A stretch of 49,832 nt of DNA from Staphylococcus epidermidis (GTDB lineage Bacteria > Bacillota_I > Bacilli_A > RFN20 > CAG-826), in contig CAMCVC010000002.1 of the NCBI GenBank assembly GCA_945879785.1, forward strand, positions 1 through 49,832, in the 5' to 3' direction. The notes beneath the pieces are model-generated. The model saw nothing but the letters and a program-made list of their open reading frames with translations. It ran no database searches and had not been told where the DNA came from. Of this stretch, positions 36,370-46,140 are shown one piece after another. Position 1 is the first letter of the stretch. Each line of letters starts with the position of its first letter. Position numbers and translations under genes: made by a program.

Positions 36370-36735
36370 GTGATGAAAAAAAATCTAACCACCGAGTTAA
36401 TTCTTAATAAAAAGTTTACCCCCGACATGAAAGGGTATAACGGACATGAAGTCGATTCCTTTTTAGATTTGATTTTAGAGGACTATCGTTTGATTGAAAC
36501 GTTTATGAAAGAAGAATTACCCTTCTTAAAGTCTCAAGAAACGTTCGTTCAAGGGTTAAAAAATAAAATTCGTGATTTGGAAATTCAGGTCGCAGAAATG
36601 AAAGATAAAGTCAGTGTCATCAATGCCAACAAAACCACCGAGATTAATCAAGATAACTTCCTTTTAATCAAAAAAATCGGCATTTACGAAAAAGAATTAT
36701 TTAAACTCGGGATCGATCCAAATAAGTTAAAATAG
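36370..36735 (+). CDS. gpsB: GpsB/DivIVA-domain cell-cycle protein
   Basis: 121 aa. N-terminal ILNKKFTPDMKGYNGHEVDSFLDLILEDY is the DivIVA/GpsB signature, followed by a coiled coil. The start is GTG 36370 or ATG 36373. Confidence 0.8.
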   Translation: MMKKNLTTELILNKKFTPDMKGYNGHEVDSFLDLILEDYRLIETFMKEELPFLKSQETFVQGLKNKIRDLEIQVAEMKDKVSVINANKTTEINQDNFLLIKKIGIYEKELFKLGIDPNKLK

Positions 36736-36736
36736 A

Positions 36737-37076
36737 AGTGGTAACCCGGATGACCGCTAGGGCAACCTAGAGGAAAGTCCATGCTCGCACAGGCTGTAAT
36801 GCCTGTAATGTTTGTGCTAACGGAACTGATAACGTTAGGCATATGGCAACATATGACGGCGGTCCCTCCCCTTACCGTAAGGTTGGGCGATACCTGAAAG
36901 TGCCACAGTGACGAAGCTAGTTGGAAACGACTAGGTGCAACGAGGCAAACCCCACAAGCGAGAAACCCAAATTTGGTCGGGGAAGGAGGAACCACGAAAC
37001 GAAGTGGAACCTTCCTACTGAAAAGTAGAGATAAATGGTCATCGATTACAGAACATGGCTTACAGGGTTACCTACT
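36737..37076 (+). ncRNA. rnpB: RNase P RNA (bacterial, compact type B-like)
   Basis: Universally conserved P4 strands GAGGAAAGTCC (36770-36780) and ACAGAACATGGCTTA (37048-37062). P1 pairing of GGTAACCC (5') with GGGTTACC (3'). AGTGCCACAGTGACGAAG core. The ends are approximate, within a few nt. Confidence 0.9.
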
Positions 37077-37093
37077 AGATGGAAAGGACGACG

Positions 37094-37711
37094 ATGAATT
37101 TACCTAATAAATTAACCACAGGACGAATCATCATGGTCTTTGTGATGATTGGCGTTTTGTTGTATCCATATCAAACGATGCCAAGTTTACTTGTCAACGG
37201 CAGACCCATTCCTTTGGTTTATTTGTTCTCTCTTGCCATCTTTATCCTTGCGTCCATCACCGATTTTCTTGATGGTTACTTAGCAAGAAAACTAAATTTA
37301 ATCACCAATTTAGGTAAGTTCCTTGATCCATTGGCAGACAAACTATTAACCAATAGCTTGTTGATACTATTAATGATTACCCCAGCATGGTTGGTGGAAA
37401 CGTCGATGCTACGGGTCCCAGCATGGGCCGTCATCATCATGATCACTCGCGATTTAACGGTTGATGGGATTCGCATGATTGCGGTGAGTGAAGGAAAAGT
37501 GCTTGCGGCGAATGTTTTCGGAAAAGTAAAAACGTTCTTACAAATCTTTGCGATTATTTTCTATTTATTAAATGATGCGTTGTTTGCATCCTTATCTTTA
37601 CCAAGTGGATGGAGCATCACCGAAGTCACGTTATATATGGCTGCGATTGCCTCATTATTCTCGTTGATCAACTATATTCAGCAAGGATGGACATTCATTC
37701 GCCATGGATAA
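37094..37711 (+). CDS. pgsA: CDP-diacylglycerol--glycerol-3-phosphate 3-phosphatidyltransferase
   Basis: Start trimmed to the ATG at 37094 (GAAAGGA upstream). CDP-alcohol phosphotransferase motif DFLDGYLARKLNLITNLGKFLDPLADK. Confidence 0.9.
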   Translation: MNLPNKLTTGRIIMVFVMIGVLLYPYQTMPSLLVNGRPIPLVYLFSLAIFILASITDFLDGYLARKLNLITNLGKFLDPLADKLLTNSLLILLMITPAWLVETSMLRVPAWAVIIMITRDLTVDGIRMIAVSEGKVLAANVFGKVKTFLQIFAIIFYLLNDALFASLSLPSGWSITEVTLYMAAIASLFSLINYIQQGWTFIRHG

Positions 37712-38168
37712 GGTTATTGCATCCCTACGTGCTCATCAATTAACGATTGCCACCATTGAAAGTTTCACCGGTGGATTACTTAGTGATGCGTTTATCAATC
37801 ATCCAGGCATCAGTGATGTCTTTGTTCAAGGTGTGACCCTTTACCAACCCGAAAGTAAACGTCGATGGCTAGGTTTAACCTCACAACAATTTGATTCATT
37901 GAACTTAGTATCAGTGTCAATGATTGAGCAATTGTTAAAAAAAGGCATTGCCAATCAAATGGCCAACATTGTTATCGCCACCACCGGCAATGCGGGTCCC
38001 TCCGTTCAACCTCATTCAACCCTTGGTGAAGTTGTGATTGGCGTCAGTAATGGCAAACATTCCCTTACGGAAAAACTGATGTTGAAAGGCAATCGAAGGG
38101 ATATACGTCTCCAAGGAGTTCAAGCAACGTTCGTTTTACTAGAACGCTTTATAAGCACCTATTATTAA
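37704..38168 (+). CDS. cinA: CinA C-terminal domain protein (nicotinamide-nucleotide amidohydrolase PncC-type)
   Basis: 154 aa. [15 protein letters not shown] is the CinA/PncC signature. Sits between pgsA and recA, as in Bacillus. Confidence 0.85.
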   Translation: MDKVIASLRAHQLTIATIESFTGGLLSDAFINHPGISDVFVQGVTLYQPESKRRWLGLTSQQFDSLNLVSVSMIEQLLKKGIANQMANIVIATTGNAGPSVQPHSTLGEVVIGVSNGKHSLTEKLMLKGNRRDIRLQGVQATFVLLERFISTYY

Positions 38169-38217
38169 ACAGATATCAAATCTTGGTATAGTAGAGAGGA
38201 TAAAAAAGGAAACCATT

Positions 38218-39219
38218 ATGGCAAAAGAAAAAAAAGATAAAGATCAAAAAGATGAGGCTTTAGAAGAAGCCATTCGTAATATTGAAAAAACCTACGGTAA
38301 AGGTGCGGTCATGAAACTTGGTGAACGACCAGAAACCGGCATCGATACCATCCCTACAGGGTCTATCTCACTCGATATTGCCTTAGGGGTCAATGGTTAT
38401 CCTAAAGGAAGAATCATTGAAATCTTTGGTCCAGAGTCTAGTGGTAAAACAACGCTTGCCTTATCAGCGATTGCCGAATCACAACGACGGGGAGGTCGTG
38501 CTGCGTTTATTGACGCTGAACATGCCATTGATCCTGTTTATGCTAGAAAACTAGGCGTGAACATTGATGAATTGATTCTTTCCCAACCAGATAATGGTGA
38601 ACAAGCCTTAGAAATTGTGGAAATGTTAGCACATTCGAATGCGATTGACCTCATTGTGGTTGATTCCGTCGCAGCCCTCGTTCCTCAAGCGGAATTAGAT
38701 GGGATGATGGCAGATAACCAAGTCGGGCTTCAAGCGCGATTGATGTCAAAAGCCATGCGTAAACTAGCGGCGGTCTTAAATAAATCGAATTGCACGGTCA
38801 TTTTTATTAACCAACTTCGTGAAAAGGTCGGCATCGCTTATGGCAATCCAGAAGTCACCTCTGGGGGTCGGGCTTTAAAGTTCTATGCCTCGGTACGATT
38901 AGATATTCGTCGATCCGAAGCCATCAAGGTTGGTGAAACAATCATTGGTAACATGGTGAAGATCAAAGTCGTTAAAAATAAAGTTGCGCCTCCATTCATG
39001 TTTGCAGAAATTGAATTACTCTTTGGTCAAGGTTTCTCCAAAACTGGTGAAATCCTCGATAAGGCTACCGAGTTAGGATTGATTAAAAAAATGGGGTCTT
39101 GGTATGAATTAGAGGGTACACGGCTTGGTCAAGGTCGGGAAACGGCGAAAGAATATTTAAAAGCCCATCCTGAAATTATTGAAAAACTTGAAAAAAGAAT
39201 AAAAACAGGCGAAATTTAA
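38218..39219 (+). CDS. recA: Recombinase RecA
   Basis: 333 aa. [14 protein letters not shown], Walker [13 protein letters not shown] and [10 protein letters not shown]. Confidence 0.98.
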   Translation: MAKEKKDKDQKDEALEEAIRNIEKTYGKGAVMKLGERPETGIDTIPTGSISLDIALGVNGYPKGRIIEIFGPESSGKTTLALSAIAESQRRGGRAAFIDAEHAIDPVYARKLGVNIDELILSQPDNGEQALEIVEMLAHSNAIDLIVVDSVAALVPQAELDGMMADNQVGLQARLMSKAMRKLAAVLNKSNCTVIFINQLREKVGIAYGNPEVTSGGRALKFYASVRLDIRRSEAIKVGETIIGNMVKIKVVKNKVAPPFMFAEIELLFGQGFSKTGEILDKATELGLIKKMGSWYELEGTRLGQGRETAKEYLKAHPEIIEKLEKRIKTGEI

Positions 39220-39226
39220 TAAAAAC

Positions 39227-39254
39227 AAAACCCAAGGAAACCCTTGGGTTTTTT
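39227..39254 (+). terminator. Rho-independent terminator after recA
   Basis: AAAACCCAAGG-AAAC-CCTTGGGTTTT followed by further T residues. Confidence 0.8.
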
Positions 39255-39479
39255 ATTGATAGAAAATTCTTCATGTATTTGCTATCATAAAGAAGTATCT
39301 TCGGATACTGGATATAGATTCGCATTCGTCGTTTAGAAACTTAACCAGGTGTAAACCTGATAAAAATCACATAAGATTCATCGATTTTAAACGAAGTTTT
39401 GCATTTTTTTATACCAACATCAATTGAAAGGAACATCACTCGTCATGATGCTTTCCTATACTGAAAGGAGACGTTATCT

Positions 39480-41045
39480 ATGGTAGATCTACCTATTCTT
39501 ATTTTACTTACGGTTTTAGCGTTAATTATTGGGGTTGTTTTGGGGATTTTTATTTACTATAGTTTGCCTATTTTTCGAGCCAAAGAAGCGATGAAGAAGG
39601 CTGCCAAGTTGATCAAGGATGCAGAAATCAAAGCTGATCACTTGGTAAAAAATGCCCAACTCGACGCCAAGCAAACTGTCTATGAACTCAAGCAAGAAGC
39701 TGATAAAGACATCAAAGAACGAAAAGTTGAAGTCAATCAATTTGAAAGCAAACTCTTTCAACGTGAACAAAGCATTGATCGTCGTGATCAAGCCTTGATG
39801 CAAAAAGAAAAGAATTTAGAAGAAAAGTTTGAATTACAACAAAAACGGATGACCGAAATTGAAAGAAAAGAAGAAGTTTTACAATTAAAACTTGATTCCA
39901 TCATTCATGAATTGGAAAAAGTCTCCGGGATGTCCACGCAAGAAGCAAAAACGGAAATTCTTAACCGTGTCGAAGCAAAGTTAAGCAAAGAAATCGCCGG
40001 GATGATTAAAAATAGAGAACAAGAAGCCAAGGATCAAGCGCATACGATTGCCAATGAAATTCTTGGGATGACGTTAAATCGTTATGCTCAAGATTTTGTC
40101 ACCGAAAGAACCGTGTCTGTGATTCACTTACCAAGTGATGAAATGAAGGGTCGAATCATTGGTCGTGAAGGGCGTAATATTCGTTCCTTAGAACAAGCAT
40201 TAGGGGTTGATTTAATCATTGATGATACTCCAGAAGTCATCACCGTCAGCTGCTTTGATCCAATTCGAAGAGAAACGGCGAAACGTACCTTAGAAATTTT
40301 ATTAAAAGATGGCCGCATTCAACCATCCCGCATTGAAGAAGTCTCTGCCAAAGTCAAAAGCGAACTTGGTGAAGTCATGCACAAAGCTGGACAAGAAGCA
40401 GCCTTCCGTCTTGGTTTAGGCAACATCCATCCAGAACTATTAGATTTAGTTGGTCGCTTAAAGTATCGGACTTCCTATGGCCAAAATGCTTATGACCATT
40501 CCATTGAAGTCGCCAAACTTTGCGGCATCATGGCAGCAGAATTAGGTGTGGATCAAAACATGGCCAAGCGTGCAGGATTACTCCATGACGTCGGTAAATC
40601 GATCGATTTTGAAATGGAAGGGTCTCACGTCGAATTAGGGGCACGTTATGCGAAGAAGTACAACGAACCAGACGTGGTTATTAATGCCATTGAATCTCAC
40701 CACGGCGATGCAGAAATTAAATATGTCACCTCGCACTTAGTGATTGCCGCGGATACTTTATCTGCTGCTCGACCAGGGGCGCGAAGTGAAACCTTAGAAA
40801 CGTATGTCAAACGGTTAGAACAATTAGAAGTCATTTGCAAATCCTATGAAGGGGTTGCTCAAAGTTATGCGATGCAATCAGGACGTGAAGTTCGCATCAT
40901 GGTTGTTCCAGACAAAATCGATGATGCCTCAGCGTTAAAATTAGCGCGTGATATCAAAGACCGCATTGAAGCAGAAATGACCTATCCTGGTCAAATCAAA
41001 GTCTCGGTCATTCGCGAATATCGGGCAATCGAAACCGCAAAATAA
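39480..41045 (+). CDS. rny: Ribonuclease Y
   Basis: 521 aa. N-terminal TM, coiled coil, KH domain [15 protein letters not shown] and HD domain [15 protein letters not shown]. Confidence 0.96.
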   Translation: MVDLPILILLTVLALIIGVVLGIFIYYSLPIFRAKEAMKKAAKLIKDAEIKADHLVKNAQLDAKQTVYELKQEADKDIKERKVEVNQFESKLFQREQSIDRRDQALMQKEKNLEEKFELQQKRMTEIERKEEVLQLKLDSIIHELEKVSGMSTQEAKTEILNRVEAKLSKEIAGMIKNREQEAKDQAHTIANEILGMTLNRYAQDFVTERTVSVIHLPSDEMKGRIIGREGRNIRSLEQALGVDLIIDDTPEVITVSCFDPIRRETAKRTLEILLKDGRIQPSRIEEVSAKVKSELGEVMHKAGQEAAFRLGLGNIHPELLDLVGRLKYRTSYGQNAYDHSIEVAKLCGIMAAELGVDQNMAKRAGLLHDVGKSIDFEMEGSHVELGARYAKKYNEPDVVINAIESHHGDAEIKYVTSHLVIAADTLSAARPGARSETLETYVKRLEQLEVICKSYEGVAQSYAMQSGREVRIMVVPDKIDDASALKLARDIKDRIEAEMTYPGQIKVSVIREYRAIETAK

Positions 41046-41051
41046 TCGGCG

Positions 41052-41840
41052 ATGAAGTTTTTGTTTATTGGCGATATTGTTGGCAGTTTTGGTCGGGCCA
41101 TGGTGGCGAAACATTTGCCACGTCTTAAACAAGAACTTAAGTTAGATTTTGTCATTGCCAATGCAGAAAATGCCAGTCATGGTAAAGGATTAGTGCGCAA
41201 GCATTATGAAGAATTATTAGCCTCTGGCATTGATGTCATGACTTTAGGTAACCATTACAATGCCAAAGGAGAAATTCGCGATTATCTTGACCAAACGGTT
41301 AGCTTAGTCAGGCCACTAAATTTAAAGCACCCTTTTCCTGGTCCAGGGACATTGATGCTGACGGTGAATGGGAAAAAAATTCGCGTCACCAATATTTTAG
41401 GTCAAGCATTCATGAACGAGGAAGTTCATAATCCGTTTGATAGTTTGTTATCGATTATTCAAACCACGGAAAAAGCTGATATTCACATCGTTGATTTTCA
41501 TGCAGAAGCAACTGGAGAAAAGTATGCCATGGGGTATGCTTTTGCCGGACAAGTCACCGCGGTGTTTTGTACGCATACCCATGTTCAAACCAATGATCTT
41601 AGAATGTTAAATCAACAAACTTTATACATATCCGATGTTGGCATGACTGGCCCTTATCTTGGCATCTTAGGTGTGAAAAAAGAAACCATCATTGCCCGAT
41701 TATGGAAACAAGAAAAGAACGTCTTTGAACTTGCTGATGATGGCGAATCGGTGTTGTCTGCCGTGTATGCTGAAACCGATGATCAAACCAATCTCGTCGT
41801 GGATTCAAAAACGATTTTATTCACAGATAAGGTAAAATAG
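41052..41840 (+). CDS. ymdB: YmdB-family metallophosphoesterase (2',3'-cyclic-nucleotide 2'-phosphodiesterase)
   Basis: 262 aa. MKFLFIGDIVG...VIANAENASHGKG and DFHAEATGEK. Follows rny, as in Bacillus. Confidence 0.9.
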   Translation: MKFLFIGDIVGSFGRAMVAKHLPRLKQELKLDFVIANAENASHGKGLVRKHYEELLASGIDVMTLGNHYNAKGEIRDYLDQTVSLVRPLNLKHPFPGPGTLMLTVNGKKIRVTNILGQAFMNEEVHNPFDSLLSIIQTTEKADIHIVDFHAEATGEKYAMGYAFAGQVTAVFCTHTHVQTNDLRMLNQQTLYISDVGMTGPYLGILGVKKETIIARLWKQEKNVFELADDGESVLSAVYAETDDQTNLVVDSKTILFTDKVK

Positions 41841-41844
41841 GTTT

Positions 41845-43299
41845 ATGGCAGATTCAAAGTTAAACATTACAGAAAAACCAGATTTAGATAAAGCTCGATC
41901 ACGCGTTCGTCAGGAAATCCCTGTGGTTCGCGATGAGATTGTTGTCCCAGAACGTCTGATTCAATTTGCCCAAGGAAAAAAATATTTCATTCGCACCTAT
42001 GGCTGCCAAGCCAATGTGCGCGATGAAGAAAACATGCGGGGTTTATTAGAACTGAGTGGTTTTGCTTCTGTGGACGATGAAAAGTCAGCAGACTTGGTGA
42101 TCATCAACACCTGTGCGATTCGAGAAAACGCAGAAGATAAAGTGTTTGGAGAATTAGGGATTCTTAAAGGACTGAAGGCGATTAAACCTGACATGCTCAT
42201 CGCCGTCAGTGGTTGCATGGTCCAACAAACCCATATTGTCGATACGATTACGCAAAAATACCGGCATGTCGATCTCATGTTTGGCACCCATAACATTCAT
42301 CACTTACTTGAATTATTGGACGAAGTGTTTACCAAAAAAACACGAGTGGTTAACGTTCCTTCTAAATATGGTGAAATTGTTGAGAACATGCCTTCAAAAC
42401 GAAATCATCGTTTTAAAGCATTTGTTAACATCATGTATGGTTGTGATAAATTTTGCACGTACTGTATTGTTCCTTACACAAGAGGCAAAGAACGTTCGCG
42501 GCTCATGGAAGATGTGCTCAAAGAATGTCACGAACTCGTCAACGACGGCTATCAAGAAATCACCTTGGTTGGCCAAAACGTGAATTCCTATGGTAAAGAT
42601 TTTAAAAATGGAACCAATTTTGCTCAACTTTTAGAAGCGGTTGCATTAACAGGGATTCCCCGATTACGATTCATGACGTCACACCCATGGGACTTTACCG
42701 ATGAGATGCTAACGATGATTGCCAAACATGACAACATCATGAATCATATTCATCTTCCTTTTCAAGCAGGCGATGACATGATTTTACGTTTGATGGCGAG
42801 ACGATATACCGTTGCCTCTTACCTCGACCTCGTCAACAAAATGAAGACAACCATTGCGAACGTGACCTTAACCACCGACATCATTGTTGGCTTTCCTAAT
42901 GAAACTGAAGCCCAATTTCAAGGGACGATGGACCTTGTGGAAAAAGTAGGTTTTGAAGCAACTTTTACCTTTATTTATTCACCAAGAAAAGGAACCCCTG
43001 CTCACAAAATGTTAGACAATGTTCCTTATGAAGAAAAACAAAAGCGATTCTATCGCCTCAAAGAATTAGTGGATAAAATTGCCAAAGAAAAATCCGTGTT
43101 AATGGTCGGAAAAACTTATTCCGTGTTGGTTGATGGCGTCAGCAAAAACAATCTAGACAAATTATCCGCATACACTGAAAGTAGCAAACTCGTTCATTTT
43201 GTCGGTGACCATTCCTTGATTGGAAAAATTGTTAGGGTGAGAATTGATGAAGCCAATGCTTATACCTTGTTTGGAACTTTAGTCGATGACCAAGCTTGA
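41845..43299 (+). CDS. miaB: tRNA-2-methylthio-N6-dimethylallyladenosine synthase MiaB
   Basis: 484 aa. N-terminal UPF0004 cysteines (TYGCQAN, NTCAIRE, SGCMVQ), radical-SAM CDKFCTYC and a C-terminal TRAM domain. Confidence 0.95.
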   Translation: MADSKLNITEKPDLDKARSRVRQEIPVVRDEIVVPERLIQFAQGKKYFIRTYGCQANVRDEENMRGLLELSGFASVDDEKSADLVIINTCAIRENAEDKVFGELGILKGLKAIKPDMLIAVSGCMVQQTHIVDTITQKYRHVDLMFGTHNIHHLLELLDEVFTKKTRVVNVPSKYGEIVENMPSKRNHRFKAFVNIMYGCDKFCTYCIVPYTRGKERSRLMEDVLKECHELVNDGYQEITLVGQNVNSYGKDFKNGTNFAQLLEAVALTGIPRLRFMTSHPWDFTDEMLTMIAKHDNIMNHIHLPFQAGDDMILRLMARRYTVASYLDLVNKMKTTIANVTLTTDIIVGFPNETEAQFQGTMDLVEKVGFEATFTFIYSPRKGTPAHKMLDNVPYEEKQKRFYRLKELVDKIAKEKSVLMVGKTYSVLVDGVSKNNLDKLSAYTESSKLVHFVGDHSLIGKIVRVRIDEANAYTLFGTLVDDQA

Positions 43300-43597
43300 C
43301 GAAGGTATTGATCAATTATCTAAGGCGATTAAGTCACTCCCTGAAGTGCAACAGTTTTTTTCATTACGAGAACAAATCTTAAAGGATCCTTTTTTGAATG
43401 AACAACAAGCGTTAATGAAACATCATCAAAAAATCATGATGAAACACATTGCCGATGCTGACATCTATAAAAAACACCAAGAAGCCTATAAGCAATGTCA
43501 GGGTGAATTTGATCAACATCCGCTTGTGGTCAATTATGTTAATTTAAAAGAACAATTATCTCCTTTATTAAACCAACTCCAATCGATTATTGAGTAA
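43286..43597 (+). CDS. YlbF/YmcA-family protein (RicA-like)
   Basis: 103 aa and helical. Its position between miaB and mutS equals that of ymcA in Bacillus. The spacing of hydrophobic residues is family-like. Weak direct similarity, so moderate confidence. Confidence 0.6.
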   Translation: MTKLDEGIDQLSKAIKSLPEVQQFFSLREQILKDPFLNEQQALMKHHQKIMMKHIADADIYKKHQEAYKQCQGEFDQHPLVVNYVNLKEQLSPLLNQLQSIIE

Positions 43598-43637
43598 GTC
43601 ATCATTCACCTTCTTTGGTATGATAAGAGGTGAAGAT

Positions 43638-46136
43638 ATGAAAAAAAGCACCGCCCCTTACACCCCGATGATGATGCAGTATTTGCGCATCAAAGAACAG
43701 CATGCCGATGCGCTTATTTTCTTTCGTCTTGGGGACTTTTATGAATTATTTTTTGAGGACGCTAAAATTGCTTCCCGGGAACTTTCCTTGGTGCTTACCG
43801 GAAAAAGTGCTGGACAAGAAGAACGAGTGCCAATGTGTGGGGTTCCTTATCATGCTGCCAAAAGCTACATCAAAAAACTAATTGAAAAAGGATATAAAGT
43901 CGCCTTGGTTGAACAACTTGAAGAAGCGAGCGCTGCCAAAGGTTTAGTTCAACGAGATGTCACGCAAATTTACACCCCGGGCTCGTTTGTTGAGGCATCG
44001 GAAAAAGCACATAACTTCTTAGTCGCCTTGAGCGAAGATACCTTACGGTATGTTTTGGTTTTTGGAGATATTACCACTGGCGATGTGTATTTGGATTATC
44101 TAGAAAAAACATTGGATGGTCTCCTTGCTTATTTACAGAAATTAAATTGTCATGAAATTGTTGTCAATGAATCATTAAGTTTGATCCTCCATGAACCATG
44201 TCAGCAATTGAACATTGCAGTTTCTATTCAACCAGATGGGTCGATACTTGAACAAAAAGAACCATCTTCTGATGTAGAAAAACGAACGTACCAACGATGG
44301 ATAGATTATTTACAATCTACCCAAAAACGGTCTTTAAACTTTTTACGTCCATTGATACGGATGGACCGGCAATCAACCTTAAATATCGATAGCGTTTCTT
44401 TAGCGAATTTAGAAGTGTTAAAATCCATCAAACATCAAACCACCTATGGATCGCTTTATTGGTTGTTGAATGAAACCTTAACCCCGATGGGTTCTAGACT
44501 ACTAACTCAATGGCTCATGAGACCAAGTACGCATTTGCCCACCATTCGCATACGGCATGGATTCATCGATACCTTACTGAAGAATTTTTTATCATTAGAA
44601 TCGATTCGCACATTACTCAAAGACGTTTATGACATCCCACGCATTGTTATGCGCATTCAGTTTATGCAAGTGAATGCTCGAGACTTATTATCTTTAAAGC
44701 AAACGCTTCAGCAACTTCCTGCCTTACGTTCTTTGCTTCTTTCCTTAGGTTCGCCTTTGGCAACGATGTTGCTAGAAGCATTACCAGTTTTCCCGGACGT
44801 GGTGACCTTATTGACGAAGGCGATTCACGACGAACCTCCTGTGTCGTTAAAAGAAGGCAACCTGATTAAACTAGGATTTGATCCTGAACTCGATCGCTGG
44901 CTCATCTTGGCCAAAGATGGAAAAAAATCTTTACTTGCTTTAGAGGCCAATGAACGACTTCGCACAGGCATTAAGAATCTCAAGGTTGGTTATAACCAAG
45001 TCTTTGGATATTATCTAGAAGTTTCTAATGGTCAGTTAGCATCCGTCAAACCTGAATACGACTATGAACGTCGGCAAACCTTAGCCTCCGGAGAACGATT
45101 CATCACCAAAGCGTTAAAAGCCTTAGAAAGTGATTTGCTTCACGCCGAAGAAACCCAAAAACAATTAGAAGAAAAGATCTTTGTCTCGATTGTCACTCAA
45201 CTACAAACGTATACCACTGACTTTCAAAAGTTAGCCGATACCTTAGCTTATCTCGACGTCATGGCTAGCTTTGCGATGGTCAGTAGCCAATATCAATTTG
45301 TTCGGCCAACCATTCACGATGAAAAATCCTTTGATATTGAACAATCACGCCATCCTGTCATTGAAAAAGTGATGAAAAAATCTGTGTTCGTTGCCAATGA
45401 TTTTCAAATGGATCAAGGAACCAATACCATTTTAATTACCGGACCAAACATGGGTGGAAAATCAACCTTCATGCGGCAAATTGCATTGTTAATGATCATG
45501 GCACAAATCGGTTGCTTTGTCCCTGCAAAACGGGCGAATATTATGTGGGTCGATGCGATTTATACCCGCATTGGTGCGAGTGATGATTTGGTTGGTGGTC
45601 AATCCACCTTCATGATGGAAATGACCCAAACTCAATATGCATTGGCGAATGCAAGCGACCGTTCATTTTTAATCTTTGATGAAATTGGTCGCGGAACCGC
45701 CACTTTTGATGGGATGGCGCTTGCCCAGGCGATCATTGAATATGCCACCACGCACTTACAAGCCAAGACATTATTCTCAACGCACTATCACGAGCTCACT
45801 CAATTAGAACAAACCATCCCTTTGCTCAAGAATATGCATGTTGCCGTTCATGAAGAAAATGACCAAGTGACCTTTTTATACAAAGTTAGACATGGCTCGA
45901 TGAGTCGTTCGTTTGGCATCCATGTTGCCCAACTTGCGTCTTTACCCAATGCCTTGATTCAACGGGCAAAATCAATCCTCGCGATGTTAGAAACGCAACC
46001 AAGCGCCTTACCAGTTCAACAGATTCAACCTGAAATATCGCCATTAGAAAAAGCGTTAAAGCAAATCGATCCATTAACCTTATCTCCTATGCAAGCGTTA
46101 GAAGTGTTGATGGACTTAAAGAAAAAATTAGGTTAA
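43638..46136 (+). CDS. mutS: DNA mismatch repair protein MutS
   Basis: Start trimmed to the ATG at 43638 (AGAGGTGA upstream). TPMMMQYLRIKEQH, Walker A GPNMGGKST and DEIGRGT. Confidence 0.97.
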   Translation: MKKSTAPYTPMMMQYLRIKEQHADALIFFRLGDFYELFFEDAKIASRELSLVLTGKSAGQEERVPMCGVPYHAAKSYIKKLIEKGYKVALVEQLEEASAAKGLVQRDVTQIYTPGSFVEASEKAHNFLVALSEDTLRYVLVFGDITTGDVYLDYLEKTLDGLLAYLQKLNCHEIVVNESLSLILHEPCQQLNIAVSIQPDGSILEQKEPSSDVEKRTYQRWIDYLQSTQKRSLNFLRPLIRMDRQSTLNIDSVSLANLEVLKSIKHQTTYGSLYWLLNETLTPMGSRLLTQWLMRPSTHLPTIRIRHGFIDTLLKNFLSLESIRTLLKDVYDIPRIVMRIQFMQVNARDLLSLKQTLQQLPALRSLLLSLGSPLATMLLEALPVFPDVVTLLTKAIHDEPPVSLKEGNLIKLGFDPELDRWLILAKDGKKSLLALEANERLRTGIKNLKVGYNQVFGYYLEVSNGQLASVKPEYDYERRQTLASGERFITKALKALESDLLHAEETQKQLEEKIFVSIVTQLQTYTTDFQKLADTLAYLDVMASFAMVSSQYQFVRPTIHDEKSFDIEQSRHPVIEKVMKKSVFVANDFQMDQGTNTILITGPNMGGKSTFMRQIALLMIMAQIGCFVPAKRANIMWVDAIYTRIGASDDLVGGQSTFMMEMTQTQYALANASDRSFLIFDEIGRGTATFDGMALAQAIIEYATTHLQAKTLFSTHYHELTQLEQTIPLLKNMHVAVHEENDQVTFLYKVRHGSMSRSFGIHVAQLASLPNALIQRAKSILAMLETQPSALPVQQIQPEISPLEKALKQIDPLTLSPMQALEVLMDLKKKLG

Positions 46137-46140
46137 AGAC

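Noticed and set aside
36684-36995. A 103-aa minus-strand ORF spanning the gpsB end and the following region.
   Set aside because: RNase P RNA explains this region: the conserved GAGGAAAGTCC and ACAGAACATGGCTTA P4 strands and the P1 pairing are all present. The ORF is a by-product of the GC-richer structured RNA.
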